A DNA stretch of 64,000 nt from Okamejei kenojei (lineage: Eukaryota). The notes beneath the pieces are model-generated. The model did not search any database. It saw nothing but the letters and a program-made list of their open reading frames with translations, and was not told the DNA's origin. The position numbers and the translations under genes were made by a program. Below, piece by piece: positions 37,023 through 49,685 of the stretch (its first letter is position 1; the number at the start of each line of letters is the position of its first letter). The stretch spans positions 51,584,001 to 51,648,000 of the forward strand of contig CM069133.1 of NCBI GenBank assembly GCA_035221665.1. Reading direction: 5' to 3'.

Positions 37023-38622
37023 CATACATTCAGAAAGTATTCAGATCCCCTCATCCTTTCTACATTTTGTTACGTTACAGCCTTATTCTAAAATTGATTA
37101 AATTCATTTGTTTTAATCATCAATCTACACACAATACCCCATAATAAAAAAGCAAAAACAGGTGCTTAGAAATTTTTGCAAAGTATTAAAAAGAAATAAC
37201 TGAAATATCACATTTACATAAGTATTCAGACCCTTTACAGTACTCTGTTGAGGCACCTTTGGCAGCGGATTACAGCCTCAAGTCTTCTTGGGTTTGACGC
37301 TACAAGCTTGGCACACCTGTATTTGGGTAATTTCTCCCATTCTTCTCTGCAGATCCTCTCAAGCTCTGTCAGGTTGGAAGGAGAGCGTCGATGCACAGCT
37401 ATTTTCAGGTCGCTCTAGAGATGTTCAATTGGGTTCAAGTCGGGGCTCTGGCTGGCCCACTCAAGGACATTCATAGACCTGTCATGAAGCCACTCCTGCG
37501 ATGTCTTGGCTGTGTGCTTAGGGTCGTTGTCCTGTTAGAAGGTGAACCTCCGCCCCAGTCTGAGGTCCAGAACTCTCTGGAGCAGGTTTTCATCAAGGAT
37601 CTCTCTGTACTTTGCTCTGTTCATCTTTCCCTCGATCCTGACTAGTATCCCAGTTCCTGTTGCTGAAAAACATCCCCACAGCATGATGCTGCCACCACTA
37701 TGCTTCACCGTAGGTAAGGTATTGGCCAGGTGATGAGCAGTGCCTGGTTTCCTCCATATGTGACGCTTGGCATTCAAGCCAAAGAGTTCAATCTTGGTTT
37801 CATCAGACCAGAGAATCTTGTTTCTGATGCCTTTTGGCAAGCTCCAAGCGGGCTGTTGTGTACTTTTTAACTGAGGAGTGGCTTCCGTCTGGCCACTCTA
37901 CCATAAAGGGCTGATTGGTGGAGTGCTGCAGATATAGTTGTCCTTCTGGAAGGTTCTCCCATCTCTACAGAGGAACTCTGGAGCTCTGTCAGAGTGACCA
38001 TCGGGTTCTTGATCACCTCCCTGACCATGCCCCTTCTCCCCCGATTGCTCAGTTTGGCTGCGCGGCCAGCTCTAGGAAGAGTCCTGGTTCTTCCATTTAA
38101 GAAGGACGGAGGCCACTGTGCTCTTCGGGGCCTGCAATGCTGCAGAAATTGTTTTATACCTTTCCCCAGATCTGTGTCTCGACACAATCCTGTCTCGGGG
38201 GTCTACGGACAATACATTCATCTTCATGTCTTGGTTTTTGCTCTGACATGCACTGTCAACTGTGGGACCTTATATAGACAGGTGTGTGCCTGCCCAAATC
38301 TTGTCCAATCAATTTATTTTACCACTGGTGGACTTCCATCAATTTGTAGAAACATCTCAAGGATAATCAATGGAAATGGGATGAACCTAAGCTCAATTTT
38401 GAGTGTCATAGCAAAGGGTCTGAATACTTATGTAAATGTGATATTTCAGTTATTTCTTTTTAATTACTTTGCAAAAATGTCTTAACACCTGTTTTTGCTT
38501 CTTCATTCTGGGGTATTGTGTGTCGATTGGTGATTTAAAAAAAAAGATTTAATCGATTTTACAATAAGGCTGGCTGTAACGTAACAAAATGTGGAAAATG
38601 TGAAGGGGTTTCTAATGCACTG
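37023..38622 (-). mobile_element. Tc1 (IR/DR type) DNA transposon with degenerate DD34E transposase
   Basis: ~210-bp inverted repeats (37023-37236 and 38412-38622) with inner and outer aagtattcagaccc direct repeats. Transposase motifs [45 protein letters not shown] and SPDLNPIEH. Confidence 0.95.
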
Positions 38623-39962
38623 GATGGGGACTGAATATCCCACATATGGAATCCGGTAATAGATCAAAAGGAAAGCTGTAATTAACAGCTAGCAGGGTTT
38701 CACCTTAAGGCAAGACCTTCCAGCCACGTGCATTTCCTGACCTCAAATGGGAGACCAACTAAGACAGAGGCTGAAGTCAGGCAGAGGTAACATGGTACGT
38801 CATGGAAGACATGCGTTAATTGGATCACTCCTGGAGACTATTGTGAGTCGGCAGGGCACAGTCCATAGAAGAGGGCCAAAGAGAACAGGAATGGTATCGT
38901 ATCAACTGCCACGGTAAGGCTACTGTTATCTCTCAACCCCAAGTAAAGGTTTATCACCACAGAATAAATAAATCTGGTCACTTGTCATTTATTAAATCCT
39001 TTTGCACATCCACCAATAATTCAGGTACTGACATCTAAACATAGACAAGCAAGAAAAGATTACAGTTTCATATTTTTCTATTATAATTGCCAGCTAAACT
39101 GTTAGCATGTTATATTGCAGTATTCAGATGCTTTGAAGGAACTGCACATTTTATGTTATTTTCAAATGAAGAACATTGTGCAAATCGTGTTTCCATGGAG
39201 TATTTTAGATCAAGGATACTAAATATGTTTTATTTAAACAAATACTATGTTAAATAATTAAATGGAGACATTTCAGATACATGACAGTAAACAGCCCAAT
39301 TTAACAGGCATCGAACAGACTACCTGCATGCATTTTCTAGCAAATAATCATAACAGTATTAATTAAAACTATAAAACTAACTAAACCCAGGCTATTCTAA
39401 AGGCAGCTGAGTTACAGGACAGCAGTATTCAGAGGTAAGCATGGAAAATGTTTGAATGCACAGGAAAACATATCTGAAATTGTTATTTTTTTGTGACATT
39501 TCCTTGAACTAAACTCACCTCATTAGAAAATAAATATGATTCAATAAATAGTTATCCTGGTATTGACAACGTTCTCCAGGAAGAAAGGGTTTCACTGTTT
39601 GCATCCTTGTATCACTGTCCCTGTCATTAGCTTATCTTCCCCAGCCAACAATGGACCATTATGGACTCCACCATTCCTGAGGTTATCTGTTGCCGGCCCG
39701 GTTTTGTTCTCGCCTTTTCTCAAAAATCAATATTGGTATAAATTAGCATCTGCAGTTCCTTTCTACCCAAAAGATTTCAAGGGTCAGATTGCTATGATGT
39801 CATTCCTTTATGTTTTGCAAAACAAAAATGGATCAATCTGTTTGCAAAAGACTGGGGGCATTCTACTCCCATGGAGGCCATGATCAATTCTTCCTTACTC
39901 AATTCAAGAGAGACTTCTCTATGCAGAGAATGGCTGGCCTAGCTATTAATATTGAGATGGAC

Positions 39963-40022
39963 ATGGATGGTATTTAAGGGAAAACTAGATAAATGGATGG
40001 TATTTAAGGGAAAACTAGATAA
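39963..40022. repeat. perfect 30-bp tandem duplication
   Basis: atggatggtatttaagggaaaactagataa, two copies. Confidence 0.95.
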
Positions 40023-40661
40023 ATAGATAAATAATTTTTTTTTTTTTGCTCAATATTAGATGAATGGGAGAATGTTCACATGACGCCTGAGAGTCACAAA
40101 GTTGAACTAAACAATCTCCGACTTGCAAATTCCATTCAATACAACACCTGCCTTGATTTACTAAATGAGTACAATTCACGTTCTGATAAAGTCTTCAATC
40201 CGCAGTGTTTACTGTTTCTCCTTTCTCAGATTCTGCTGTACTTCCTAAATCCTTCCAGTAATTTTTTAAAAATGAACATGTACAGCTACATTTCCAGAAC
40301 ATTTGTGAAAACATACATAAATGCATTTGGTTAAGGATGTTATCTCTTTGAAACACTTCCGTGTGGAAGGCGACTCCGGACTGTCAAAACTGCCACAGCC
40401 AGACATAAAAACAGCTTTATTTCCCCACAAGTAGCAGCTCTACTCAATAACCAAAAATCTGTAGCCTCCTTTTGTTCTATATTTTATTTAATTCACTGTT
40501 TTAATCAATAATGTTTTTTATTAATGTTTAATGTTTTATGTATCATTCCTAACTGTCACTGTATGTCATTTTGTCACTTGCGGGCGGAGCCTCAAGGCAA
40601 ATTCCTTGTATGAGAATACTTAGCCAATAAACTTATTCATTCATTCGTTATGTCACTGCTA

Positions 40662-42465
40662 GTAATAATAGCAAAAGGATAACGAGGGATAAAATTGGAC
40701 CATTAGAGAGACAGAATGGACAGCTATCTGCAGAGCCAAAAGAGATGGGGGAGATATTGAACAATTTATTTTCTTCGGTATTCACCAAAGAGAAGGATAT
40801 TGAACTATGTGAAGTAAGGAAAAAAAGTAGAGTAGCTATGGAAACTATGAGATTCAAAGAGGAGTAAGTACTGACACTTTTGAAAAATATAAAAGTGGAT
40901 AAATCTCCAGGTTCTGATAGTATATTCCCTAGGACATTGAGGGAAGTTAGTGTAGAAATAGCAGGAGCTATGACAGAAATATTTCAAATGTCATTAGAAA
41001 CGGGAATAGTGCCGGAGGATTGGCGTACTGCGCATGTTGTTCCATTGTTTAAAAAGGGTTCAAAGAATAAACCTAGCAATTATAGACCTGTTAGTTTGAC
41101 GTCAGTGGTGGGTAAATTAATGGAAAGGATACTTAGAGATAATATATATAAGCATCTGGATAAACAGGGTCTGATCAGGAACAGCCAACATGGATTTGTG
41201 CCTGGAAGGTCATGTTTGACAAACCTTCTTGAATTTTTTGAAGCGGTTACCAGGGAAATTGATGAGGGTAAAGCAGTGGATGTTGTCTATATGGATTTCA
41301 GTAAGGCCTTTGACAAGGTTCCCCTTGGAAGGTTGGTTAAGAAGATTCAATCTTTGCATGTTAATGGTGGAGTAGCAAGATGGATTCAACAGTGGCTGAA
41401 TGGGAGATGTCAGAGAGTAATGGTGGATGGCTGTTTGTCAGGTTGGAAGCCGGTGACCAGTGGGGTGCCTCAAGGATCTGTGTTGGGTCCACTGTTGTTT
41501 GTCATGTACATCAATGATCTGGATGATGGGGTGGAAAATTGGATAAGTAAGTATGCTGATGATACTAAGATAGGTGGTGTTGTGGATAATGAAGTAGATT
41601 TTCAAAGTCTACAGAGAGATTTGGGCCAATTGGAAAAGTGGGCTGAAAGATGGCAGATGGAGTTTAATGCTGATAAGTGTGAAGTGCTACATCTTGGCAG
41701 GACAAATCAAAATAGGACGTACATGATAAATGGTAGGGAATTGAGGAATGTTGTGGAACAGAGAGATCTAGGAATAACTGTGCATAGTTCCCTGAAGGTG
41801 GAATCGCATGTAGATGGGGTGGTAAAGAAATCCTTTGGTGTGCTGGCCTTTATAAATCAGAGCATTGAATATAAGAGCAGGGAAGTAATGTTAAAATTGT
41901 ACAAGGCATTGGTGAGACCAATTCTGGAGTATGGTGTACAATTTTGGTCGCCTAATTATAGGAAGGATGTCAACAAAATAGAGAGAGTACAGAGGAGATT
42001 TACTAGAATGTTGCAAGGGTTCCAGCAACTATGTTACAGAGAAAGGTTGAACAAGTTAGGTCTTTATTCTTTGGAGGGGGGACTTGATTGAGGTCTTTAA
42101 AATGATGAAAGGGATAGACAGAGTTGACGTGGATAAGCTTTTCCCATTAAGGGTAGGGAAGATTCAAACAAGAGGGCATGACATGCGAATTAAGGGACGG
42201 AAGTTTAGGGGTAACGTGAGGGGGAACTTCTTTACTCAGAGGGTGGTGGCTGTGTGGAATGAGCTTCCAGCAGAAGTGGTGGAGACAGGATCGATTTTAA
42301 CATTTAAAAGTAAAGTGGATAGGTATATGGACGGGAAGGGAATGGAGGGGTATGGTCTGTGCAGGTAGATGGGACTAGGGGAAAACAAATGGTCGGCACG
42401 GACTGGAAGGGCCGAGAGGGCCTGTTTCCGTGCTGTAATTGTTATATGGTTATATGGTTATATAT
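40662..42465 (+). mobile_element. young 5'-truncated CR1 LINE with long open RT frame (40880-42091)
   Basis: Motifs [41 protein letters not shown] and YADD. One stop near 40865, a frameshift near 42075, and a (GTTATATG)n tail. Confidence 0.96.
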
Positions 42466-43314
42466 AGTCTCATGAATACCTTTTAAGCACTGCCAGAGGC
42501 ATCTTTAAGGTAGATCTATGAGAGCTCATCAAAGCTATAAATCAAATGACCCAGTTTTATTATCAAATTATTTACAAAAATCTCGTGCACAAATTTAACC
42601 AGTTTACCTTTACAATAAACAAGCAACAACAACTGATGGTGCTCATGTCTATTTCACATCTAAGATCTACTTTCATCTATATATTGAACAGCAGGCTACA
42701 TCTTTTATGGTTGCCAAAAAATTGTCAAAACTAAGTACATGCATAACTCTTTGAAGATTTAAAGTTAAATTATCTGTATGTGCCAAAAAAAGTCAATATT
42801 AATGGCAATATCAATTTTACTCCTAGAAATAAAACATTATGGTTTGGCTTGATAATCTTTAAAAACATGTCAAGATAGGTCTGAAGTAGGGTCTCTACAG
42901 AAAACATCACCCATTCCTTATCTCCAGAGATGCTGCCTCTCCCACTGAGTTACTCCAGCATTTTGTGCCTATCTTCAAGATACCACACTTGCAGCACTTT
43001 TCAAAATCAGATTACTAGTTCAAGGCCTTGGCTTAAGCACATAAATGTAGTTAAAAACTGAAGGAATATCAAATTATCTATCACATGTTCACTAGATGAA
43101 GGTGTCAAACACCTTAAGTGAGTGAAAGATTTAATTACATCACAAACTCCTGTATAACCTCAACCACAATTACTCTTCAAAATAATAGTTTCACTGCAAA
43201 GTTAGCTTCAATTTGGACAGTGATTGTACTCAGTGCATACATCATTCAGCATATGAAAGTGCTTTATAAATTCAAATCTTTCCTCTTTGTTATATTCAGA
43301 GATCTACAAGCACA

Positions 43315-43444
43315 ACACTGCAGATGCTGGTTTATACCAAAGATAGATACAAATGCTGGAGTAACTGAGCGGGTCAGGCAGCACCTCTGGAGAAAATGAA
43401 TAGGTGATATTTTTGGGTCAGAACCCTTCTTCAGGCTGAAAGAT

Positions 43445-43475
<31 letters not shown>

Positions 43476-43720
43476 AGACGAGGAAAGGCCAGAACAAATC
43501 AGGGCCGTGACAGATGACCTCACGAAGCAAGGAGTCCATAAGGGCCATTGTTAGCAGGGGAAGATGAGCTAACGAGAAGGATACAAGGGTGCCACCAGTG
43601 GAACAAGTAGGATGACAACGGTGGGGAAGGGAGGGGGAATAGAAATGCAGGAGTTACTTGAAATTAGAGTAATCAACATTCATACGGCTGGGTTGTAAGC
43701 TGCCCAAGCGAAATATGGAA
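43315..43720 (-). mobile_element. Penelope-like 3' fragment
   Basis: Terminal repeat, poly-G tract and end of the endonuclease region (IFRLGSLQPSRMNVD). Confidence 0.8.
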
Positions 43721-43869
43721 TATTTTTTCAAATATTTAATATAAAGAAAGCAAGGATAAAGTTTAGGACAGAGTAATACGTTCAACTTCCAACCCACCAC
43801 TAGCATCCACATTCAACACATCAACCTTTGCAATTTCTGTCAGCTTCAATATTCCACCATTACACATCC

Positions 43870-44520
43870 ACCGGGTGGCGCCAGCAATGGCTGCCTTGCC
43901 AACAGTCTGTCTCGTCCCTTCCTTCTTTGTTGTCTTTTTTTAGCATGTGTTAAATGAGTGTTTTAGTGTTCTTTAGCTTGTTTTATGTGGGCGGGGGGTG
44001 GGAACATTTCTTAAATCTCTTACCTCGACAGAGATGCGATGTGTTTCCATATCGTATATCCGTCCGCACTGCGGCCTATCAACAAGGAGCTGGCGGCCTC
44101 TGCTGGAGACGGACATCGAGATCTCCAACCGCGGGAGCTTGTGGACTTACCATCACAGAGCTCACGATCCCTGTCAGGGTTCGACTTTGGAACTCAAACC
44201 GCGGAAGCCTGCGGACTTTAACATCTTGGAGCTCGCGGTCCCTGGTTAGAGACTGACTTCTGGAGGACCAACCTGCAGGAGCTTCGATCGCAGGAGCTTT
44301 GATTGCCCCGACGAGGGAGCTTCGATCGGCAGCTGTGGGAGCTTCGATCGCCTCGACTGCGGATGGTTCGACTGCCCCGAACGTGGGAGAATAAAGAGGA
44401 AAAAGATTGGACTTTATTGCCTTCCATCATTGTGGGGAATCCACTGTGGTGGATGTTTACGTAGTTGTGTGTCTTGTTGCTTTATTTATTATGGCCGTAT
44501 GGTAATTCAAGTTTCACTGT
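43870..44520 (+). mobile_element. unclassified GC-rich SINE-like element with internal GGAGCTTCGATCG repeats
   Basis: CpG-rich and non-coding, with 4-5 copies of ggagcttcgatcg at 44277-44375 and a LINE-like tail (ggtaattcaagtttcactgt). Confidence 0.45.
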
Positions 44521-46259
44521 GATTTACTTGCAATTCTTGCAGTTTCATATGCTACATTCAATGTTCACAACATAGTCTGCCCTAGATAAACACAAAGAGC
44601 TTGCGTAACTCAGCTTCTCTGGAGAAAATGGATGGATAACATTTCAGGTCAGGAGCCATCTTCAGAAGCAAACCCTTACTCTCATAATCTTGGAACTGAA
44701 GACAACAAGAAATAACATATCGGTCTGTAGAAGGGCCCCTGCCCGAAACATCACCCATCCTTTCTCTTCAGAAATGTTGCCTGACCGACTGAGTTACTCC
44801 AACACTTTGTGTCTATCTTTGGTACAAACCAACATCTGCAGTTCTTTCCAATTCCACTAGATTGGGAAAAACAGGTGCAGATTAGTTGATCTTTGGCCAC
44901 CTAACCAGACATAGTGAAGTAGCAATCTTCTGAAACATTTTTTCATTTCCACGCAATCCCCACTCAGTCACCCCATTTTAAGCTGAATTCCCCAATGGCC
45001 TCGGATGTTATACATTAGCCTTAAGCTTTTCTCAGCATTACCTCCATAGCTCAGAACTAAAAAGCCACAGTTATGGGAGTTGCCTCTTAGCACAGTGCTT
45101 TTTGCGATGGTACTAACCAGAGCAGTGCAGCAGGCCCACAATATCTGTGCTGAACATAATGCCAAGTCCATCTCTTGTCTACCTGCACATAATCCACATC
45201 CCTCCATTCCAAATCCATATGCCTATCCAAAAGCCTCTTAAATGCCATTATCATACCAGCACTTCTAAAAAGATCAATGTTATAATTTAGTTTTCCAACA
45301 ATATCACATGAATGTTTATTAATGGAATCCATCTGTACCATCTTCTCTAGAACAAAAAAAGCACTGACCCATCCTATCGAACATTTTTTCAACATAGTGC
45401 ACAAGCATTCTCAATGTTTTTATTCGGCTCGCGTCAGATGGATTCTATTTTTTTACTTCACAGCAGGCCATTTGAAGGCATCTCTGTTTGAATGCTACAA
45501 CAAATCAGCCAAATTGAAAACAAGCAGGTTATATAAGAAAATGTTGGTGATACCCAGCAGCTTCAATGTGAAGGCAGTTTTATTTTTTGGGAGTGCATAT
45601 TATTCCAGATATAAACCTACTTTATTTCTCAGCTGCACAAAACCATTTGTTACTTCCAACCTGTCCAAATATCCAGGATTCAGCAACCTTGATGATTAAT
45701 GCCACAGATTGAAGAAACTAATTCAGATATAGGCTATTAAAGTAATTATTTTACTGAACAAATCAAATTTAATTATTCTATTTTACTGCTGATTAATACA
45801 AAGCAACAAAATAAAACCCGTCTCACGGTGCGAGTTGACCCACGAGTGACCCAGAGTTGTCACTCGCGGTAATCACGTACACTAAACGTAGTGGGAACGT
45901 CGGAACTCTTGCGAGCAACTTAGCGACTCGTGGTGCTAACGGCAGGTACCCGTGAAACTTGGTAACTCGTGAAAAAAATCAAACGTCAAATTTACAGTTC
46001 AAGTTAAAAATTGAAACATTTTAAACTCGTTTATAACGTGGTGGCCCGTGCGTTTACCTTAGTGATTCGTGAGTCTACCGTGGGAACTCTTTTAACTCAG
46101 CGGGCAGGCAGCATCTCTGGAGAGAAGGAATGGGTGACGGGATGACATTTCCAAATTTCGCCAGCCCCATGTGTTCACTTTTTTCAACTAGCATCTGCCC
46201 TTTCTTGTGTATGTCATTATTTGTATCTACAGTGCCTTGTGTCTTGGCAATTCATGATT

Positions 46260-46435
46260 CACACACACACAATGCTGGGGTAACTCACACACACACACAC
46301 ACACACAATGCTGGGGTAACTCACACACACACACAATGTTGGAGTAACTCACACACACACAATGCTGGAGTAACTCACACACACACACGAACAATGCTGG
46401 AGTAACTCTCGCACACACACAATTCTGGAGTAACT
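46260..46435. repeat. minisatellite: six units of (CA)n-ATGCTGG(G/A)GTAACT
   Basis: Directly visible; the last unit continues into a normal PLE terminal sequence. Confidence 0.9.
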
Positions 46436-46772
46436 CAGCGGGACAGCAGCATCTCCGGAGAGAAGGAATGATGATGTCTCGGGTCGAGACCCTTCCTTAG
46501 ACCACTACCCAGAGATGCTGCCTGTCCCGCTGAGTTACTCCAGCATTTCGTTTATCTTTAAACCAGCATCTGGACTTCCTTCCCACATAATAACCAATGA
46601 GATTCCCCACTAAACTTCCGTGTCCTCATTGTTCCCCTCTCTGTTTTCCCCAGACCTGTATATATTTATATGTGTATGTGTATATGTATATGTGTATGTG
46701 TATATATACTTTGCATGGTTCCTGGGTTGCCTACTGCTGGGTAACACCGCGAAATATCATCCCCCTGCATTT

Positions 46773-47186
46773 NNNNNNNNNNNNNNNNNNNNNNNNNNNN
46801 NNNNNNNNNNNNNNNNNNNNNNNNNNNNNNNNNNNNNNNNNNNNNNNNNNNNNNNNNNNNNNNNNNNNNNNNNNNNNNNNNNNNNNNNNNNNNNNNNNNN
46901 NNNNNNNNNNNNNNNNNNNNNNNNNNNNNNNNNNNNNNNNNNNNNNNNNNNNNNNNNNNNNNNNNNNNNNNNNNNNNNNNNNNNNNNNNNNNNNNCCGCT
47001 CAAAGTCAGTCACCCGAGCTGCTTCCTTCCTCGGANNNNNNNNNNNNNNNNNNNNNNNNNNNNNNNNNNNNNNNNNNNNNNNNNNNNNNNNNNNNNNNNN
47101 NNNNNNNNNNNNNNNNNNNNNNNNNNNNNNNNNNNNNNNNNNNNNNNNNNNNNNNNNNNNNNNNNNNNNNNNNNNNNNNNNNNNNN
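46773..47186. other. two assembly gaps (46773-46995, 47036-47186) around a 40-bp island
   Basis: N runs. The island is repeated with one mismatch at 47189-47228. Confidence 0.95.
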
Positions 47187-48817
47187 GGCCGCTCAAAGTC
47201 AGTCACCTGAGCTGCTTCCTTCCTCGGAAGTGGCGGCCAGTTCTGCTGTCCGTGCCCGGAGCGCTGCGGCAGCCACCCAAGCTAATTCAGTCCCTGGCCA
47301 CAATAAAACCATATAGCAATGACAGCACGGAAACAGGCCATCTCTGCCATTTTACTCCGTGCCGTTTACTGTCACCTAGTCCCATCTACCTGCACTCAGA
47401 CTGGAGCATGGCAAGTGGGTTACTGACCCCAATCCCCTCCTTCACAACGCCAGACTCCCCAAATACTATGAACTGAGCTCTCCCCCCACCCCGGGAAATA
47501 CAGTATTTAAAAACATAAAGCACCAAGAAATGCACTTACCACGTTATTGGTTGCTGGAGGGTGTGCATTTTCCCTTTGTAGGTCATATCAATAGATGCGG
47601 CCACGCTGAAATAACTCAAAGCCACAGGATGGAGATGTATTTTAACATTGTTGCTTTATTAAAACATACCTTAATTCACGGTTGGCTCAAGAGTAACGGG
47701 AGAGGAACTTGGTAACTCGGAGGAGGAACTTGGAACATCGCAGAAATGACATACCCGTGGGAACTCGGTTAAACACTTGAACATAAACTTGAAGTCTCGT
47801 ACACAACCACGAGTCTTTCACTCGGGGTACCTCGTGGGTCAACTCGCACCGTGAGACAGGGCCATAAGATTCCATGACTCTACGTAGGTCTTGAATTTAT
47901 ATAGGGCTTTTAATTAAAACAATTATTTCAAGGCACAATACATGAATTTAAAATGGATTTGGACATTAAACCACATAAACAGTAGGAATTTATCCTCTTT
48001 TGGGCCATACATAATGTGCAGTAATGTAGAAATGTTGAAGAGCATTTCAGACATTTTGAACAAGGAAGTGGAGTTCAACATGTATTGGTCAATACATCAC
48101 ATATCTAGATATAATGGATGTTCAATTTCTAGCCCATGATATTATAAATGAAGCAACAAATGGGAGGAGTGCCATCCAACATGGTCAAATAATTTCACTA
48201 GAACTTTAATTCAACAGACCTAGAAATTAATTCAGCAACCTGAAATTTGTACAAAAAGGTATTTCACAACCATCTATCAGGAAAATAGGGGAAGTCTATA
48301 TATAGATATGTTGTCAGCAAAACATGCATCTTGTAAAATGAAGTTTAAAATGAGAGGGGTGGGATTACAAGATCAAATAGCAATGTGTTCTACAGCTCGT
48401 CCGAGCTCACAAGATGTTATTTCTTGTTTTCTTTAGTTCCAAGATTATGACAATAAGGGCATGGTTATGAATCAGGTCTTCAAGGCAAATCATAAATATT
48501 TGCTTGCCAACGTGTTAAAAAGATAGCAGGCGTGGACGCTATCTTAATAATGTGCATCTGACCTACATTTCTCATTGGCAGGATTCAAAGGCCTCCCTTC
48601 ACTGTGATACTCAAGAACAGGCAAACAAACACTCCTAGAAAGTTGGTTAAAGGCACACATGCTTTACTGATAAATATATGGGGAGCGGCACTTAATATTT
48701 TCGTGCAGCCTGGTGCTAATTTACTTTTGCGTTATAGAGCACGATTCCAGGCTCTTAACCATTTTTAAAAACAAACTGTTTAGGAAAGAACTGTAGATGG
48801 TGATTTAAAATCAAATA

Positions 48818-48998
48818 TAGATACAAAATGCTGGAGTAACTCAGCGGGACAGGCAGCATCTCTGGAGAGAAGGAATGGGTGATGTTTCGGGTCGAGACCC
48901 TTATTCAGACTGAAGGGTCTCAACCCGAAACGTCACCCATTCGTTCTCACCAGAGATGCTGCCTGTACCGCTGAGTTACTCCAGCAGTTCGTGGCTAC
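48818..48998. mobile_element. palindromic PLE-terminal element (best-preserved example)
   Basis: ~90-bp arms in inverted orientation, centred on ttcag-a-ctgaa at 48909. Confidence 0.9.
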
Positions 48999-49239
48999 CT
49001 ATATTAGAATACTTCTTGTACAATCAATTGTTAATGTTGCTGCACAGTAACAATGCAAGAACAAAAGAGTAAAAAGTTCAAATAAATGATGTTCCCATTT
49101 GGTGTCATTACAATATTAGCCTTTGCCAACAGCAAAATATCATAGAAGACAGGAACAAAGTGAATTTTGTGTACTTTTTAAAAAGATATAGTGATTAAAT
49201 AAATCAAATTAAAAAGTCTAAAAGCAATCAACACATAAT

Positions 49240-49685
49240 GAACATAGAACAGCACAAGAACAGGCTGTGGCGAACATGATGCCAAGACCATCTCTTATAG
49301 AAATATAGAAAAATAGGTGCAGGAGTAGGCCATTCGGCCCTTTGATATGATCAAGGCTGATCATCCAAAATCGGTACCCCGTTCCTGCTATTTCCCCATA
49401 TCCCTTGATTCCGTTAGCCCTAAGAGCTAAATTTAAATCTCTCTTGAAAACATCCAGTGAATTGGCCTCCAGTGTCTTCAGTGGCAGAGAATTCCACACA
49501 TTCACAATTCTGCATATAATCCCCTTCCCTCCATTCCCTGCATATCCACAGGTATTCAAAAACCTATTGAATGCTACTTTCATATTTGCCTCAACCACCA
49601 ACCCTGGCAGCGCGTTCCAGGCACTCACCAACATTTGTGCAAAAAAAAGTTGCCCCACAAATCTCCTTTAAACATTTCCCCTCTC
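49240..49685 (-). mobile_element. CR1 3' fragments (a younger piece ~49295-49510 inside an older one)
   Basis: Both match CR1 3' ends elsewhere in the window. Confidence 0.75.

Larger units (their letters stand above)
45814..47863. mobile_element. composite non-autonomous DNA transposon (PIF/Harbinger-like TIRs)
   Basis: The left end ccgtctcacggtgcgagttgacccacgag is the reverse complement of the right end ctcgtgggtcaactcgcaccgtgagacagg(gcc). Many subterminal AACTCG motifs. The interior holds pieces of other repeats and two assembly gaps. Confidence 0.7.

Noticed and set aside
40880-42091. 403-aa ORF as a host gene
   Set aside because: It is CR1 ORF2 reverse transcriptase with an upstream stop, a downstream frameshift and a CR1 tail.
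46260-46435. CRISPR-like repeat/spacer array
   Set aside because: The spacers are just (CA)n, the repeat derives from the PLE terminus, there are no cas genes, and the context is vertebrate.
46597-47316. long ORFs containing X runs
   Set aside because: Artefacts of translating through N gaps.
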